Below, one piece after another: positions 28,668-38,773 of a stretch of 64,000 bases of DNA (position 1 is the stretch's first letter; every line of letters begins with the position of its first letter). A program made the translations under genes and the position numbers. The stretch covers positions 4,160,001-4,224,000 of the forward strand of contig OZ243913.1 in NCBI GenBank assembly GCA_965213705.1. Reading direction: 5' to 3'. The notes below the pieces were generated by a model. The model was not told the origin of the DNA and did not search any database. It saw only the letters and a program-made list of their open reading frames with translations. The stretch comes from Trueperaceae bacterium (GTDB taxonomy: Bacteria; Deinococcota; Deinococci; Deinococcales; Trueperaceae).

Positions 28668-28969
28668 ACCTCCCCCTCTCTCGAGCCGTAGCATACCCCT
28701 AAACGGCCCTGGAGCGGCTGTAACATTTTTGAAACACTCACACCCGAACCGCCAGGAGCCTGGCCCCGCCGCTGTTCACGCTCCACCCGACCCCTCGCGC
28801 TCCGCTTTGAGCGCCGTCCTCGACCTCCGCACCGCCCGCACTTTCTGGCGCGAGCGCGCCCGCAGCACAAGCGCCAGGGTCGACCGAAGCCCGGCAACCT
28901 AAACTATTTCGTCAAGTGGGTAACCTCACAAACGCTTCATGAAGTTCGACATGCTAAATTGGCTTCAGT

Positions 28970-29977
28970 ATGAACTCAAACACCGGCCCCATCCATTACC
29001 GAAGTGTGACGGACTTAAACGCTCAAGTCGTCGCCATGTCGTCTCGTTTGCCCAGAGACCTAGAAGTCATCGTGGGCGTGCCGCGCAGCGGCTTGCTGGC
29101 GGGAAGTTTGCTGGCGCTCCACCTGAACTTGCCGTTTACCGACGTGGAGGGTTTGGTAGCGGGCCGCGTCTTCACCAGCGGCGCGCGCCTCAGCGGGCAA
29201 AAGCAAGAAAACTTGCAACTGGACCTGCTCAACACGAAGCGAACCGTGCTTGTGGTCGACGACAGCGTCTATGCGGGCAACCAGTTCCGCCTGACAAAAG
29301 CGCGGCTTCAGGCGGCCGGTCTGCCCCACACGCTTCGCTACGCGGCCGTCTTTGTCAGGCCGGATACTGAGGAGCACGTCGACTTTTTCGGGGACGTCGT
29401 ACCCGCGCCGCGCATGTTCGAGTGGAACTTTATGCACCACAAACACCTTTCGCTGACCTGCATGGACATCGACGGCGTGCTGTGCCGCGACCCCCTCAAA
29501 CACGAAAACGACGACGGCGACAAGTACAGCGCGTTTTTGAGCTGCGCCGACCCCCTGCACCTGCCGACCAAACCGGTGGGTTGGCTCGTCACCTGTCGGC
29601 TCGAGAAGTACCGCGCCCAGACCGAAGCCTGGCTGGCGCAGCACGGCGTCGAGTACGGCGAACTGGTGATGATGGACCACCCCGACCAAGCGGCGCGGCG
29701 GGCGGCCGGAAACCACGGCGAGTACAAAGCCGAGGTGTACCGTAGGACCGGCGCACAGATGTTTATCGAAAGTTCCATCCGGCAAGCCGTCACCATCGCC
29801 GACCTGTCCGGCAAACCCGTCCTGTGCATGGACACGCGCGAGATGGTGTGGCCGGGCGTCCAACCCGGCAGCCTGGTAAGACCCGAGCCCCCGGCTAAAA
29901 CCCTGAACGACGTGTTGACGACCGCAAAAAAGAAAGTTCGCAAAAAAGTACGCGGTTTGCTGGCGCAGGTCAAGTAA
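28970..29977 (+). CDS. Phosphoribosyltransferase-HAD phosphatase fusion
   Basis: GVPRSG and the PRPP-binding VLVVDDSVYAG in the N-half. HAD motifs CMDIDGVL, VTCR, K and FIES in the C-half. Confidence 0.8.
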   Translation: MNSNTGPIHYRSVTDLNAQVVAMSSRLPRDLEVIVGVPRSGLLAGSLLALHLNLPFTDVEGLVAGRVFTSGARLSGQKQENLQLDLLNTKRTVLVVDDSVYAGNQFRLTKARLQAAGLPHTLRYAAVFVRPDTEEHVDFFGDVVPAPRMFEWNFMHHKHLSLTCMDIDGVLCRDPLKHENDDGDKYSAFLSCADPLHLPTKPVGWLVTCRLEKYRAQTEAWLAQHGVEYGELVMMDHPDQAARRAAGNHGEYKAEVYRRTGAQMFIESSIRQAVTIADLSGKPVLCMDTREMVWPGVQPGSLVRPEPPAKTLNDVLTTAKKKVRKKVRGLLAQVK

Positions 29978-30002
29978 AAGGCGGACTCGACAGGAGGTGT
30001 AC

Positions 30003-30284
30003 ATGCCTCGCTTGTTTGTGGTCGAAGGCGCACTCAGACCAAAGCGACGCGGTACTTCTGTTTGGGGTTATCTTGACGACCCCCAAAATGCCCGTGTACA
30101 AAGTGGAGATGCCGTCACTATACGTAAGAGAGACGGCGCACAGACTTCAACAAAGATAGATGGAATTCCCTTGGGTACAACGCATGGAGGTCTAGAAATC
30201 CTTTTGGACGCTTCTGTGCAGGAATTGGAAGTAGAAAAAGGCGACGAGATATGGGTGCACATGTTTGAGGAGCAGAGAAGCTAA
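30003..30284 (+). CDS. Small protein resembling an isolated EF-Tu domain-II beta-barrel
   Basis: AGGAGG RBS. LFVVEGA...RGTSVWG...VQSGDAVTI...TKIDGI...GLEILL...VEKGDEI. Lower GC than neighbours. Confidence 0.55.
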   Translation: MPRLFVVEGALRPKRRGTSVWGYLDDPQNARVQSGDAVTIRKRDGAQTSTKIDGIPLGTTHGGLEILLDASVQELEVEKGDEIWVHMFEEQRS

Positions 30285-30335
30285 AAATTTCGCCTCTTTT
30301 CCCCTGCTCCTCATCTGTTTATAAAGCCTAACGAA

Positions 30336-31427
30336 TTATGGGTTTAGCGTCACCTTCACCGAGGTCAAACCCGAGGCGACCATGTCGAGGCCCTTTTGAA
30401 AGTCCTCCAAGGGCAGCTGGTGGGTGACGATTTCGTCCATCGGCAACAGGTTTTGCTGCAACATGCGAATCGCCACCGGGTAACAAAACGGCCCCAGGTG
30501 CGAGCCGTGGATGTTGAGTTCTTTGCTGTCGCCGATAATCGTCCAGTCGACTGTGACGGGTTCGCGGAACACGCTGAATTCGACAAAGGTGCCGAGCTTG
30601 CGAATCATCTGCAAGCCTTGTTGCACCGCGCCGGGGTGCCCCGTCGCCTCGACGTACACGTCGCAGCCGTAGCCGCCGGTCACGGCGCGCACCTCTTCCA
30701 CCACGTCGGTTTTGGCCGGGTTCAGGGCCATGTCCGCGCCGCAGCGCACGGCGAGTTCCAAACGGTCGTCGTTGAGGTCCAGCGCGATGATGCGCTCGGC
30801 CCCTTTCATTTTGGCCGCCGCGAACATCCCCAAACCGAGCGGCCCCGCCCCGGCGATGACGACGGTGTCTTGAAACCCTATATCCCCGCGCTCGACCGCG
30901 TGAATAGAGCAGGCCAAGGGCTCGATAAAGACCGCGTGGTGCCAGGGAATGTCTTTGGGCACACGGTGGTTCAGCGCGTTCGCCGGGAACACCATGTACT
31001 CGGCCCAGGAGCCGAAAGCGTTTTGCCGGAAACCGTAGATGTCGTGAACCTGGCACATCCAGTACTGGCCGCGCTGGCAGTAGCGGCAGTTCCAGCAGGG
31101 TGTGATTTGCTCGCTGATGGCGTGGTCGCCTATCTCTAAACCGTATTTTTCACCCGCGCCCGCGCCCAGCGCGACGACCTCGCCGACGAACTCATGGCCG
31201 GGGGTCACCGGGGCCTGGCAGTAGCCGGTGCGGGTTTCGTCACCCCAAAAGAGGGCCGCACCCGAATAGCACTTGATGTCCGAGGCGCAAATCCCGGTGG
31301 ACTTGACGCGGATGACCACCTCACCGGGGCCGGGGACGGGGACGGAACGTTCTTCCAAGCGGTAGTCTTCCGGCCCGTGGCAGACCACCGCGGGCATGGT
31401 TTTGGGGAGGGTTTCGCTGACGGCCAT
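30336..31427 (-). CDS. Zn-dependent polyol dehydrogenase (erythritol/L-threitol dehydrogenase-like)
   Basis: GICASD, GHEFVG, CWNCRYCQRGQYWMC, GAGPLGL. Confidence 0.88.
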   Translation of the reverse strand: MAVSETLPKTMPAVVCHGPEDYRLEERSVPVPGPGEVVIRVKSTGICASDIKCYSGAALFWGDETRTGYCQAPVTPGHEFVGEVVALGAGAGEKYGLEIGDHAISEQITPCWNCRYCQRGQYWMCQVHDIYGFRQNAFGSWAEYMVFPANALNHRVPKDIPWHHAVFIEPLACSIHAVERGDIGFQDTVVIAGAGPLGLGMFAAAKMKGAERIIALDLNDDRLELAVRCGADMALNPAKTDVVEEVRAVTGGYGCDVYVEATGHPGAVQQGLQMIRKLGTFVEFSVFREPVTVDWTIIGDSKELNIHGSHLGPFCYPVAIRMLQQNLLPMDEIVTHQLPLEDFQKGLDMVASGLTSVKVTLNP

Positions 31428-31744
31428 AGGGGTTCCCTTCTTTGAGCGGGGTCGGTTCGGCACAGCGTCCCCTCGAGCCAGTATAAAGGCTCCCGTACCG
31501 CCCCAAACAGCGGTGCGGGCGTTTCGAACGGGCGTGGTTGGTTTGCTAAAGGTAACGGCGCGGCCGGGCGGCGTTTTCGTGCGTCACCGAAGTGCCGAAA
31601 CCGGGCAAGGCGGCCTCGAGAAAGAACTTTCCGCTACCTTACCTTCTCGAGGCGGGGTTCTTCAGAACTGAGCTTGAAACGCCCTGAATCCAAGGGCGGT
31701 CGCCCGGCAGGACCGTCACCTGGACGGGCGCGGGTGGCGAGGCC

Positions 31745-33682
31745 TCAGTTGAGGGTTGCCAACTGAACCTCTGGGCTCAGCTTCAACTGCGCGCGGCTCA
31801 GACAAGCCGTAACGTCCGCGGGGGCGAGCGGGCGAGCGAAAAAGTAGCCCTGGCCTTGCTGGCAGCCGAGCGAGCGCAATAGGTCGCGTTGCGCCGCCGT
31901 CTCGATGCCCTCGGCGACGATTTTGAGGTCGAGGGCCGCCGCCACGGCGACTACCGCTTGCACCAGCGCGACGCTGAAGTGAGACGTACCCGCAGGCGTC
32001 GCCAGTTCCGTGACGAACGACCTGTCTATCTTGACCGTGTCGATAGCGAGGCGGTTGAGGTAAGCCAAAGACGAGTAACCGGTGCCGAAGTCGTCCAGGG
32101 CGACGCTGACCCCGAGACCCCGCAGTTTTAACAAAGCCGCGTTGACGGCGGCGGGGTCGGTCAACAAGACGCTTTCGGTGAGTTCGATTTCTAGGCTGTT
32201 TCCGTTCAGGCCGTTGCGGTTCAGCGTCTCTTGTACGAGGCCCGCGAAATCAGGCTGGGCGAACTGAAAAGCCGAGACGTTGACGTTGACGCGCAGCGCC
32301 GTAAACCCGGAGCGGTGCCAGTCCCGAAGTTGTCGGCAGGCCGACTCCAGTACCCAGGTGCCCAAGGGCAGAATCAAACCGTGTTCTTCGGCCAACGGCA
32401 CGAACACCGTGGGCGGAACGGTTCCCTTGTGCGGGTGGTCCCAGCGCAACAGCGCCTCGACACTGACGAACGCCCCGGTGACCAGGTCGGTGACGGGTTG
32501 AAAAGCGAGGTGCAGCTCGCCCTGCTCGAGCGCCCCCCGCAAGTCTTGGGCGAGGTGTTGGCTCGCCGTGCGCTGCCGGGCCATGCCCTCGCTAAAGCGC
32601 CGCACCCCGTTTTTGCCACTCCGCTTGGCCTCGTACATGGCGTTGTCGGCGTTGCGTAACAAGTCGGCACCGTCGTCCGGAAAAAAGCTCACCCCGATAG
32701 ACACGGAAGTTCGCTGCCACTGGCCCTCCAAGTGAAAAGGCTGGCGCAGCAGGTCGCCCAAGCGCTCGACCATGTTTATACCGGCCTGCACCTCTTTTAC
32801 GTCGCGCAGCAACAGCACGAACTCGTCACCGCCCAAACGCGCCACGACGTCGCCCGCACGCACGTGACGGGAGAGCACCCGGCCCACCTGCCGCAAGAGG
32901 TCGTCCCCCGCGCCGTGCCCCAAACTGTCGTTGACGCTCTTAAAACTGTCTAAGTCGATGAAGGCCACCGCGAACCGCTCACCTTCAGCCGCGCATAGCG
33001 CTTCTTTTAGAACCTGCTCGAAATAGGGCCTGTTGGCAAGACCGGTCAGGGTGTCGGTCGCGGCGCGCGCTTCCAGGACCTCGGCTTTGGCCGCCGTTCT
33101 TTCAAAGTCCAAACGCAGGGCGTTGAAGCTGATGACCAGCACGGCGCAGGTGAGGTTGGCGAGGTTGAGCTGCAGCAACGCGTAAAGGACGGGGTAGTCC
33201 GGCTGGCCCCACGTCGTTATGAAATAGGCCGAACTGATGAGCGTAAAAACGGCGAAAAAACTCGTGGTGAGCCGCCGCGCACCGGTCATACCGGGCACGA
33301 ACGCAGCCAGGATGTAAACGGCCGGCACCCAAAACAGCGACTCGGTCATCTCGTTGAGGATGAACTGCGGGTTGGGATAAAGAAACAAGATGTGAAAAAG
33401 CTTGGCGGCAAAAAAAAGGCTGGCTCCCACAGCGATGACCGTCGCGGTAAGGGCGGTGCTGACGCGCTTGCGAATAAACAGCCAGTCGATTGCCAAAAGC
33501 GCCGCCGCCATAAGCGGGTACGCGACGCTGTCAAAAAGAGAGGTCTGACCGCTCGGCCCTTCCAAAAGCGAAGCCGCCACGAACGCCAGCGCGGGCACGG
33601 GTAAGGCGCTCTCGACGACGGCCTCCCACCTGAGCTGTGCGGACTTTTTGCGGGGGGTTCGGTTGTAAAAAGGCAGCTTCAC
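31745..33682 (-). CDS. Membrane-bound diguanylate cyclase/phosphodiesterase (GGDEF-EAL)
   Basis: TM N-terminus, GGDEF, EALLRW, DDFGTGYSSL, AEGIE. Confidence 0.93.
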   Translation of the reverse strand: MKLPFYNRTPRKKSAQLRWEAVVESALPVPALAFVAASLLEGPSGQTSLFDSVAYPLMAAALLAIDWLFIRKRVSTALTATVIAVGASLFFAAKLFHILFLYPNPQFILNEMTESLFWVPAVYILAAFVPGMTGARRLTTSFFAVFTLISSAYFITTWGQPDYPVLYALLQLNLANLTCAVLVISFNALRLDFERTAAKAEVLEARAATDTLTGLANRPYFEQVLKEALCAAEGERFAVAFIDLDSFKSVNDSLGHGAGDDLLRQVGRVLSRHVRAGDVVARLGGDEFVLLLRDVKEVQAGINMVERLGDLLRQPFHLEGQWQRTSVSIGVSFFPDDGADLLRNADNAMYEAKRSGKNGVRRFSEGMARQRTASQHLAQDLRGALEQGELHLAFQPVTDLVTGAFVSVEALLRWDHPHKGTVPPTVFVPLAEEHGLILPLGTWVLESACRQLRDWHRSGFTALRVNVNVSAFQFAQPDFAGLVQETLNRNGLNGNSLEIELTESVLLTDPAAVNAALLKLRGLGVSVALDDFGTGYSSLAYLNRLAIDTVKIDRSFVTELATPAGTSHFSVALVQAVVAVAAALDLKIVAEGIETAAQRDLLRSLGCQQGQGYFFARPLAPADVTACLSRAQLKLSPEVQLATLN

Positions 33683-33974
33683 AGGCGAAGTTTAGCGGCC
33701 CTGCTCTTACAAGAAACTTAAAGCGAGTACCCGCCGCGCTGTTCCTTTCAGCGAAGACAGACCCTGCGGTCGGGCTCGCCCAACACCGTCCCGGTTCTCT
33801 TTTTCGGCACCCCGTTTCCGCCCGACTCCGGGTGGCACATCCAGGTTGGGCACGAACCTGTTACCCTGCGTCCATGACCGAGCCGCCCGCCGAAACAAAC
33901 CTCGGGACCGCACCCGCCATCGCACCCCAAAGACCTTGCGCAAAAAGCCCCGCTCCGCGGCGTTGGAGCGCGCG

Positions 33975-34574
33975 GTGAGCGCCGCCGACCGCAGCGCACG
34001 TCGGGACGAGGGCCGGGATAAAAACCTCGAGGTGTGGTTGCGCGGACCCGTCGCCGGGGTAGTGCCCCTGTTGCAGCCCGTCGCGCACGCGCTGTTGCAA
34101 GCTCGAGAAGAAGTAGAAGACTTCCTCGAAAATTTTCCCGACGCGCTGCTGTGGGAACGGCCTGCGGGCGTTGCCTCGGTCGGGTTTCACTTGCAGCACT
34201 TAGCGGGCGTGCTGGGGCGGATGCTGACCTACGCGCGCGGTGAAAGTTTGCACGAGGCGCAACTCGCGGCCCTAGCCAAAGAAGGCGAAGCCGCGCCCGA
34301 CCTGACGACAAAGGTGCTGCGCGAGCGTTTCGACGCCAAGGTCGACACCACGCTCGCGGCACTGCGGGCGAACAGTGGCGAGACGCTGCTCGAGCCGCGA
34401 GCAGTGGGTCGGGCACGGTTGCCCTCGACCGAGTTGGGGTTGCTGTTCCACGCCGCCGAGCACACGCAACGGCACGTGGGGCAACTGTTGGTGACGGCGC
34501 GGTTGGTGACTGCTCAGGCGGTACAAGCTCAGGCGGTGCAAACTCAGGCGGTGCAAGACCGCGCCCAACGCTAG
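33975..34574 (+). CDS. DinB-family protein
   Basis: EVWLRGP, SVGFHLQHLAG, LLFHAAEHTQRHVGQ. The start is uncertain. Confidence 0.8.
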   Translation: MSAADRSARRDEGRDKNLEVWLRGPVAGVVPLLQPVAHALLQAREEVEDFLENFPDALLWERPAGVASVGFHLQHLAGVLGRMLTYARGESLHEAQLAALAKEGEAAPDLTTKVLRERFDAKVDTTLAALRANSGETLLEPRAVGRARLPSTELGLLFHAAEHTQRHVGQLLVTARLVTAQAVQAQAVQTQAVQDRAQR

Positions 34575-35427
34575 AGGGTGTTATGAACTCAATCGCTAAA
34601 CTAAAGAATGACAAGGAAAGGTTATCCGAGTGATGTCGGCGATGAAGAATGGGCTTTTGTAGCACCGTACTTGAGCTTAATCAGAGAAGACGCCCCACAA
34701 CGAAGTTATGACCTACGAGAGGTGTTTGATGCTTTGAGATGGATGGTTCGCTCAGGCTCACCTTGGCGCTATTTACCTGGTGACTTCCCACCTTGGGAAG
34801 CGGTATATCAGCAAAGCCAAAGGTGGTTAAAAGCAGGCGTGTTCGAGGAGATGACCCACGACCTACGAAGCCTGCTGAGACGGCTGAAAGGACGAGGAGA
34901 AAACCCAACAGCGACGGTGTTTGATGGACGCACCTTACAAAGTACGCCTGAGAGTGGCGAACGTGCGGGCTATGACGGACACAAGCGTAAGAAAGGCTCT
35001 AAAGTCCATCTGGCAGTCGATACCTTGGGTCTACTCTTAGCCCTTGTCGTTACACCTGCAAACGAACAAGAACGCCATCAGGTTGAAGCGCTTGCCGAGC
35101 AAGTTCAAACCATAACTGGAGAATCCGTCGAGGTTGCGTTTGTAGACCAGGGCTACACAGGTGACGACGCAGCCGAGGCGGCTAAAAGCCAAGGCATTCG
35201 GCTCTTCGTTGTTAAACACGAAGAAGCTAAGAAAGGCTTCGTTTTGCTACCCAGACGCTGGGTCGTAGAGCGTTCCTTTGCCTGGACATCCCGACTCAGG
35301 CGCTTAGCCCGTGACTATGAACGACTGCCTGAAACCCTTGCTGGGCTGCATTTCTTAGCTTTCTCTATGCTCATGCTTAAACGCTTAGCCCCTTTTTTAA
35401 CTCTTCCGGCTAGTTCATAACACGCTC
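34574..35427 (+). mobile_element. IS5-family insertion sequence
   Basis: TIRs GAGGGTGTTATGAACT / AGTTCATAACACGCTC (15/16 match). CTAG on both sides (TA or CTAG target duplication). Confidence 0.92.
34608..35420 (+). CDS. IS5-family DDE transposase
   Basis: [45 protein letters not shown]. Confidence 0.95.
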   Translation: MTRKGYPSDVGDEEWAFVAPYLSLIREDAPQRSYDLREVFDALRWMVRSGSPWRYLPGDFPPWEAVYQQSQRWLKAGVFEEMTHDLRSLLRRLKGRGENPTATVFDGRTLQSTPESGERAGYDGHKRKKGSKVHLAVDTLGLLLALVVTPANEQERHQVEALAEQVQTITGESVEVAFVDQGYTGDDAAEAAKSQGIRLFVVKHEEAKKGFVLLPRRWVVERSFAWTSRLRRLARDYERLPETLAGLHFLAFSMLMLKRLAPFLTLPASS

Positions 35428-35444
35428 TAGAGGTCGGCCCGAAT

Positions 35445-35996
35445 CTAATGTTCTTTGTTGTCAACCTCGGGCGGCGGGCGGTCTGCCCGAAAAGCCACGG
35501 CCGCGTACAGCTCACGCGGCCCGTAGCGCGAGGGTCGGCGCTTGAACTCGCGGGGTTCGCTCAAACCCACGCGGCGCGCAAGGTCCGCAAAACGCGCGGG
35601 CGGCACAGGGTAAGGAATCCACGGCGTGGCGCGCTGCAGGTCGTACTCGACCAGGAGAAACGTGCCGCCCGGAACCAGGTCACCTACCACCTGACGCAGC
35701 ACCCGTTCTTGCCGCCCGACAAAGTGGAGCGAGTTCGCCATCAGGACGCCGTCCAGCGGACCGAGCCTGAGCGGTTTTGCAAAGTCGGCTTGCACACCGC
35801 GAATCTCGGCCCCGCCCGCGAAGTTTGTATCCGTCAGCGCGGGGCGACGGTCCACGGCGTAGACGAGACCCGCGGGTCCCAACAGGTCCGCCAGCGCCCG
35901 CGTAAACGTGCCCGAGCCCGCCCCGAGGTCGGCCCAAACGCCGCCGCGCTTGGTAACACCGCTTCGGACGAGGCCGGTCGCTTCTTCGTGCGTCAC
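35445..35996 (-). CDS. Class I SAM-dependent methyltransferase
   Basis: WADLGAGSGTFT, MANSLHFV. Confidence 0.85.
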   Translation of the reverse strand: MTHEEATGLVRSGVTKRGGVWADLGAGSGTFTRALADLLGPAGLVYAVDRRPALTDTNFAGGAEIRGVQADFAKPLRLGPLDGVLMANSLHFVGRQERVLRQVVGDLVPGGTFLLVEYDLQRATPWIPYPVPPARFADLARRVGLSEPREFKRRPSRYGPRELYAAVAFRADRPPPEVDNKEH

Positions 35997-36109
35997 CGTT
36001 TGTGGGTCATATTTTCAACCTCGCCAAGGGGCTGGCTATGGGTCGTCTTCGTGCCCCTTTTGTTTGAGGGGTTAGCTAAAGGGTTTCCGGAGCGCCCGAG
36101 ATGTCTTCG

Positions 36110-36694
36110 TCAAGTAGCGTTTTCTCTGGCAACGTCTTCTCTGGCAACGCCTTCTCGAGCTGCGTCTTCTTGGGTAACGGCTTCTGTGGCAAAGTCGAAC
36201 GCCGCGACGAACGCCCACGGGCCGCCTAAGTAGCGCCACAGCTCGAGACCGAGGGCGCTACCGCCGAGCGGGTGCCAGGTGGCGGACAGGTGTTCGTACA
36301 GCGCCTGCGCTCGTTCCTTGGACACCTTGTTTTGCACCGTCACGTGCGGCCGGTAGCCTTGCCGGTCTTGGCGGGTCAGCCAGGGTTCCCACCCGGCCCT
36401 GAGACGTGCGCGCACGGCGAGCAGACCGGGGCTCTCGAGCTTGACGAACACCCCCTTGCCCCAGTGCCCTACGCCGGGCAGCGTGACGCCGAGCGGCGGG
36501 GTTGCCGCCGCAACCTCGCTCAAGTCCCGGCGCAACGCCACCTCGCGGTCACCCGGCAGCGCGTGAAACAAGGTGACGTGCGCGGCTAAAAAGTTGCGCT
36601 CCGGCGGAAAGTGCTCGTGGCGAAGGGCATCGAGAACGCCCTGCAGGCGCGGCTCGAGCCGCAGCGTGAGGATAAAAGGCTGCTCCGGGTTCAT
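36110..36694 (-). CDS. 2H phosphoesterase (2'-5' RNA ligase family)
   Basis: Two HxT motifs, AHVTLF and PHVTVQ. Confidence 0.85.
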   Translation of the reverse strand: MNPEQPFILTLRLEPRLQGVLDALRHEHFPPERNFLAAHVTLFHALPGDREVALRRDLSEVAAATPPLGVTLPGVGHWGKGVFVKLESPGLLAVRARLRAGWEPWLTRQDRQGYRPHVTVQNKVSKERAQALYEHLSATWHPLGGSALGLELWRYLGGPWAFVAAFDFATEAVTQEDAAREGVAREDVARENAT

Positions 36695-36981
36695 AGCCCT
36701 CATTTCACGGCGCATTTCTTGTCGCCGCCCCGCGGTAGGTTACATTCGGCGAGCTGCTTTCAGTGGCCTTCCTGCAAAAGCATCAAATGTAAAGGGGATT
36801 TGCAAGTCTAACGCAGGTCTAGTCAAGCTGAACAGCGGTGCGCGCAAGGTGAGCGGATGACTTTGCGGTCACCTTGTAAGCTGAGCCGTACCCTGCAGGA
36901 CGCCGGGCGGGTTTATACTGTTTTTTTGTCGGCTTGGGGCGGTTCGCCCAGAACCTGGGCCGGCCCGGGGGTCTTTTCGTC

Positions 36982-38466
36982 ATGTCTTCAACCCTAACAA
37001 CACGTCTCCACCGTACTTTTTGGCTGCTGCTGTTCGTGGTTTTCCCGCTCGCTTACGTGCCCGCCCCGGTGCTCGAGCGCCTGCCGCAAACCTGGGTGAG
37101 GTTTCCCAAGGGCGAGCAGCCGGACGCCTTTATCCCTAAAATCGTCGTCTTCGTCGTGGTGTGGCTGCTGGGCGCAGGCTTAGCCGGGGCGAGCTTGCGG
37201 GGGCGAGGGCAACCGCTGCCCCCGGCGGCGCGGCGAACCCTGGCGTGGTGCGCCGCCTTCGTCGGGGTTTTGCTGGCCTCGAGCTTGTTCACAAGTTCTT
37301 ACTCGAACGTGGTCCTGCCCTACCTGGGCAACCGCCTGGAGGGTGTGCTGCTCACCCTGTTCGAGGCCGCCTGGTACAGCTTTACCCCGCTGGCGGCCGT
37401 GCTCGCCGCGCAGCGCGTCGTGTCCCTGAACTTTTTGCTGAACGCGGTGGTCGTCGGCGCGCTCGCGGTCGGCGGGTGGACCCTGGCCGAGGCTTACGGC
37501 TTCGCGCCGCTGGCCCTCGTTGTGCCGGGCTCGAGCGTCGGCGGCAACTTGCGGGCCACGCTGGGCCACCAGGGCTACGTCGCGGCCTACCTCGGGGTGG
37601 CCCTGGTGTTCTGGACCGTGTGGCGGGTGTTGACGAAGCTGCGCCCCCTGGACGTCGTCGCCGCGGCGGGGCTGGGTGCCGGTCTGGTGGCGAGCGGCGG
37701 CCGGGCCGGTCTGCTCGCGGCCGTGCTGGTCCTTTCTTTGTTCGGCCTTTACACGCTGCGCTTCGCCGCTTACCGAAAGACGGTCGCCGGTCTGTTCGTC
37801 GTTTTGAGTTTGGTGGGTTGGGGGGTGGTGCGCACCTCCGGGCACGCCCAGACCCGCCTGGAGCGCGTCGCCACCGCGGTGCAGGGCGACGACCCGAGCG
37901 TCCAGCACCGGTTTCTGTTTTGGCGGCTCGCCCTCAAGGCCATTCCCCAAAGCCCGTTGGTGGGTTACGGGCCTTACTCTTTTTCGAGCGTCGCCTGGCG
38001 CGTGGCCGACCCGCAAGACGCTCGAGCCCTCATCGGCGACTTTTTGCCGACCGAGCTGGCGCAGGACGCGGTGCGCGTGGGCAAGATAGCTTTTTACCAA
38101 GACCCAACGACACAGCGCCTGCACGCCAAGGTCATGAACCCCTACGCGGTTCACAACTACCTGCTCGACCTGAGTCTTGCCAGCGGTCTACCCGCCGCGC
38201 TGCTGTTCGTCGCGTTCGTGGCGGTTTGCGCCCGGCAACTGTACCGGCGCCGGACGCCACTCGCCACGGCCGCGCTGCTCGCGCTGACAACCTACCTCGT
38301 TTACGGGCTGTTCTGGTTTCCCACCCACCTGGTCGACCCACTCGTCTGGAGTTTGGCGGGCCTCGGTCTGGTCGGCCGCGAAGCCGCCGCGCAGCCCGAG
38401 GCCCGCCGTCCGGGGTTGGCGGGGCGCGGGGCGGTTTACGGGCTCGAGCGGGCACCCTCGGGCTAG
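36982..38466 (+). CDS. O-antigen ligase (Wzy_C) family protein
   Basis: Multiple TMs, ATLGHQG, SGGRAG, R..FW..AL, P.VGYGP, HNYLL. Confidence 0.8.
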   Translation: MSSTLTTRLHRTFWLLLFVVFPLAYVPAPVLERLPQTWVRFPKGEQPDAFIPKIVVFVVVWLLGAGLAGASLRGRGQPLPPAARRTLAWCAAFVGVLLASSLFTSSYSNVVLPYLGNRLEGVLLTLFEAAWYSFTPLAAVLAAQRVVSLNFLLNAVVVGALAVGGWTLAEAYGFAPLALVVPGSSVGGNLRATLGHQGYVAAYLGVALVFWTVWRVLTKLRPLDVVAAAGLGAGLVASGGRAGLLAAVLVLSLFGLYTLRFAAYRKTVAGLFVVLSLVGWGVVRTSGHAQTRLERVATAVQGDDPSVQHRFLFWRLALKAIPQSPLVGYGPYSFSSVAWRVADPQDARALIGDFLPTELAQDAVRVGKIAFYQDPTTQRLHAKVMNPYAVHNYLLDLSLASGLPAALLFVAFVAVCARQLYRRRTPLATAALLALTTYLVYGLFWFPTHLVDPLVWSLAGLGLVGREAAAQPEARRPGLAGRGAVYGLERAPSG

Positions 38467-38773
38467 GCTCGGAGACACGTCTGGAAACACCCCGACTTTC
38501 TGCGGTTTTCCGGTTTATGGCTTTCACTCAACTCACGCGAGCTTGTGGTGAGTGGCTTGTAGCGTGTAGAAAACCACAAGCTACTGTCTACATGCTTTTA
38601 TATACTTCAAACCTCAGCGGTCAACGCTCTAAAAGCGTTTCACAAAGACTCTGGTACACTGTGACCTCGGTACGCCGTCTTTCGTTCACCGGGGGCTGTG
38701 TGGGCTTTGTTCGCACCCCTGTTCAGACCGGCCTGAAAAGCCGCCGCACAAGGTATTTACACAAAGGAGAGGT

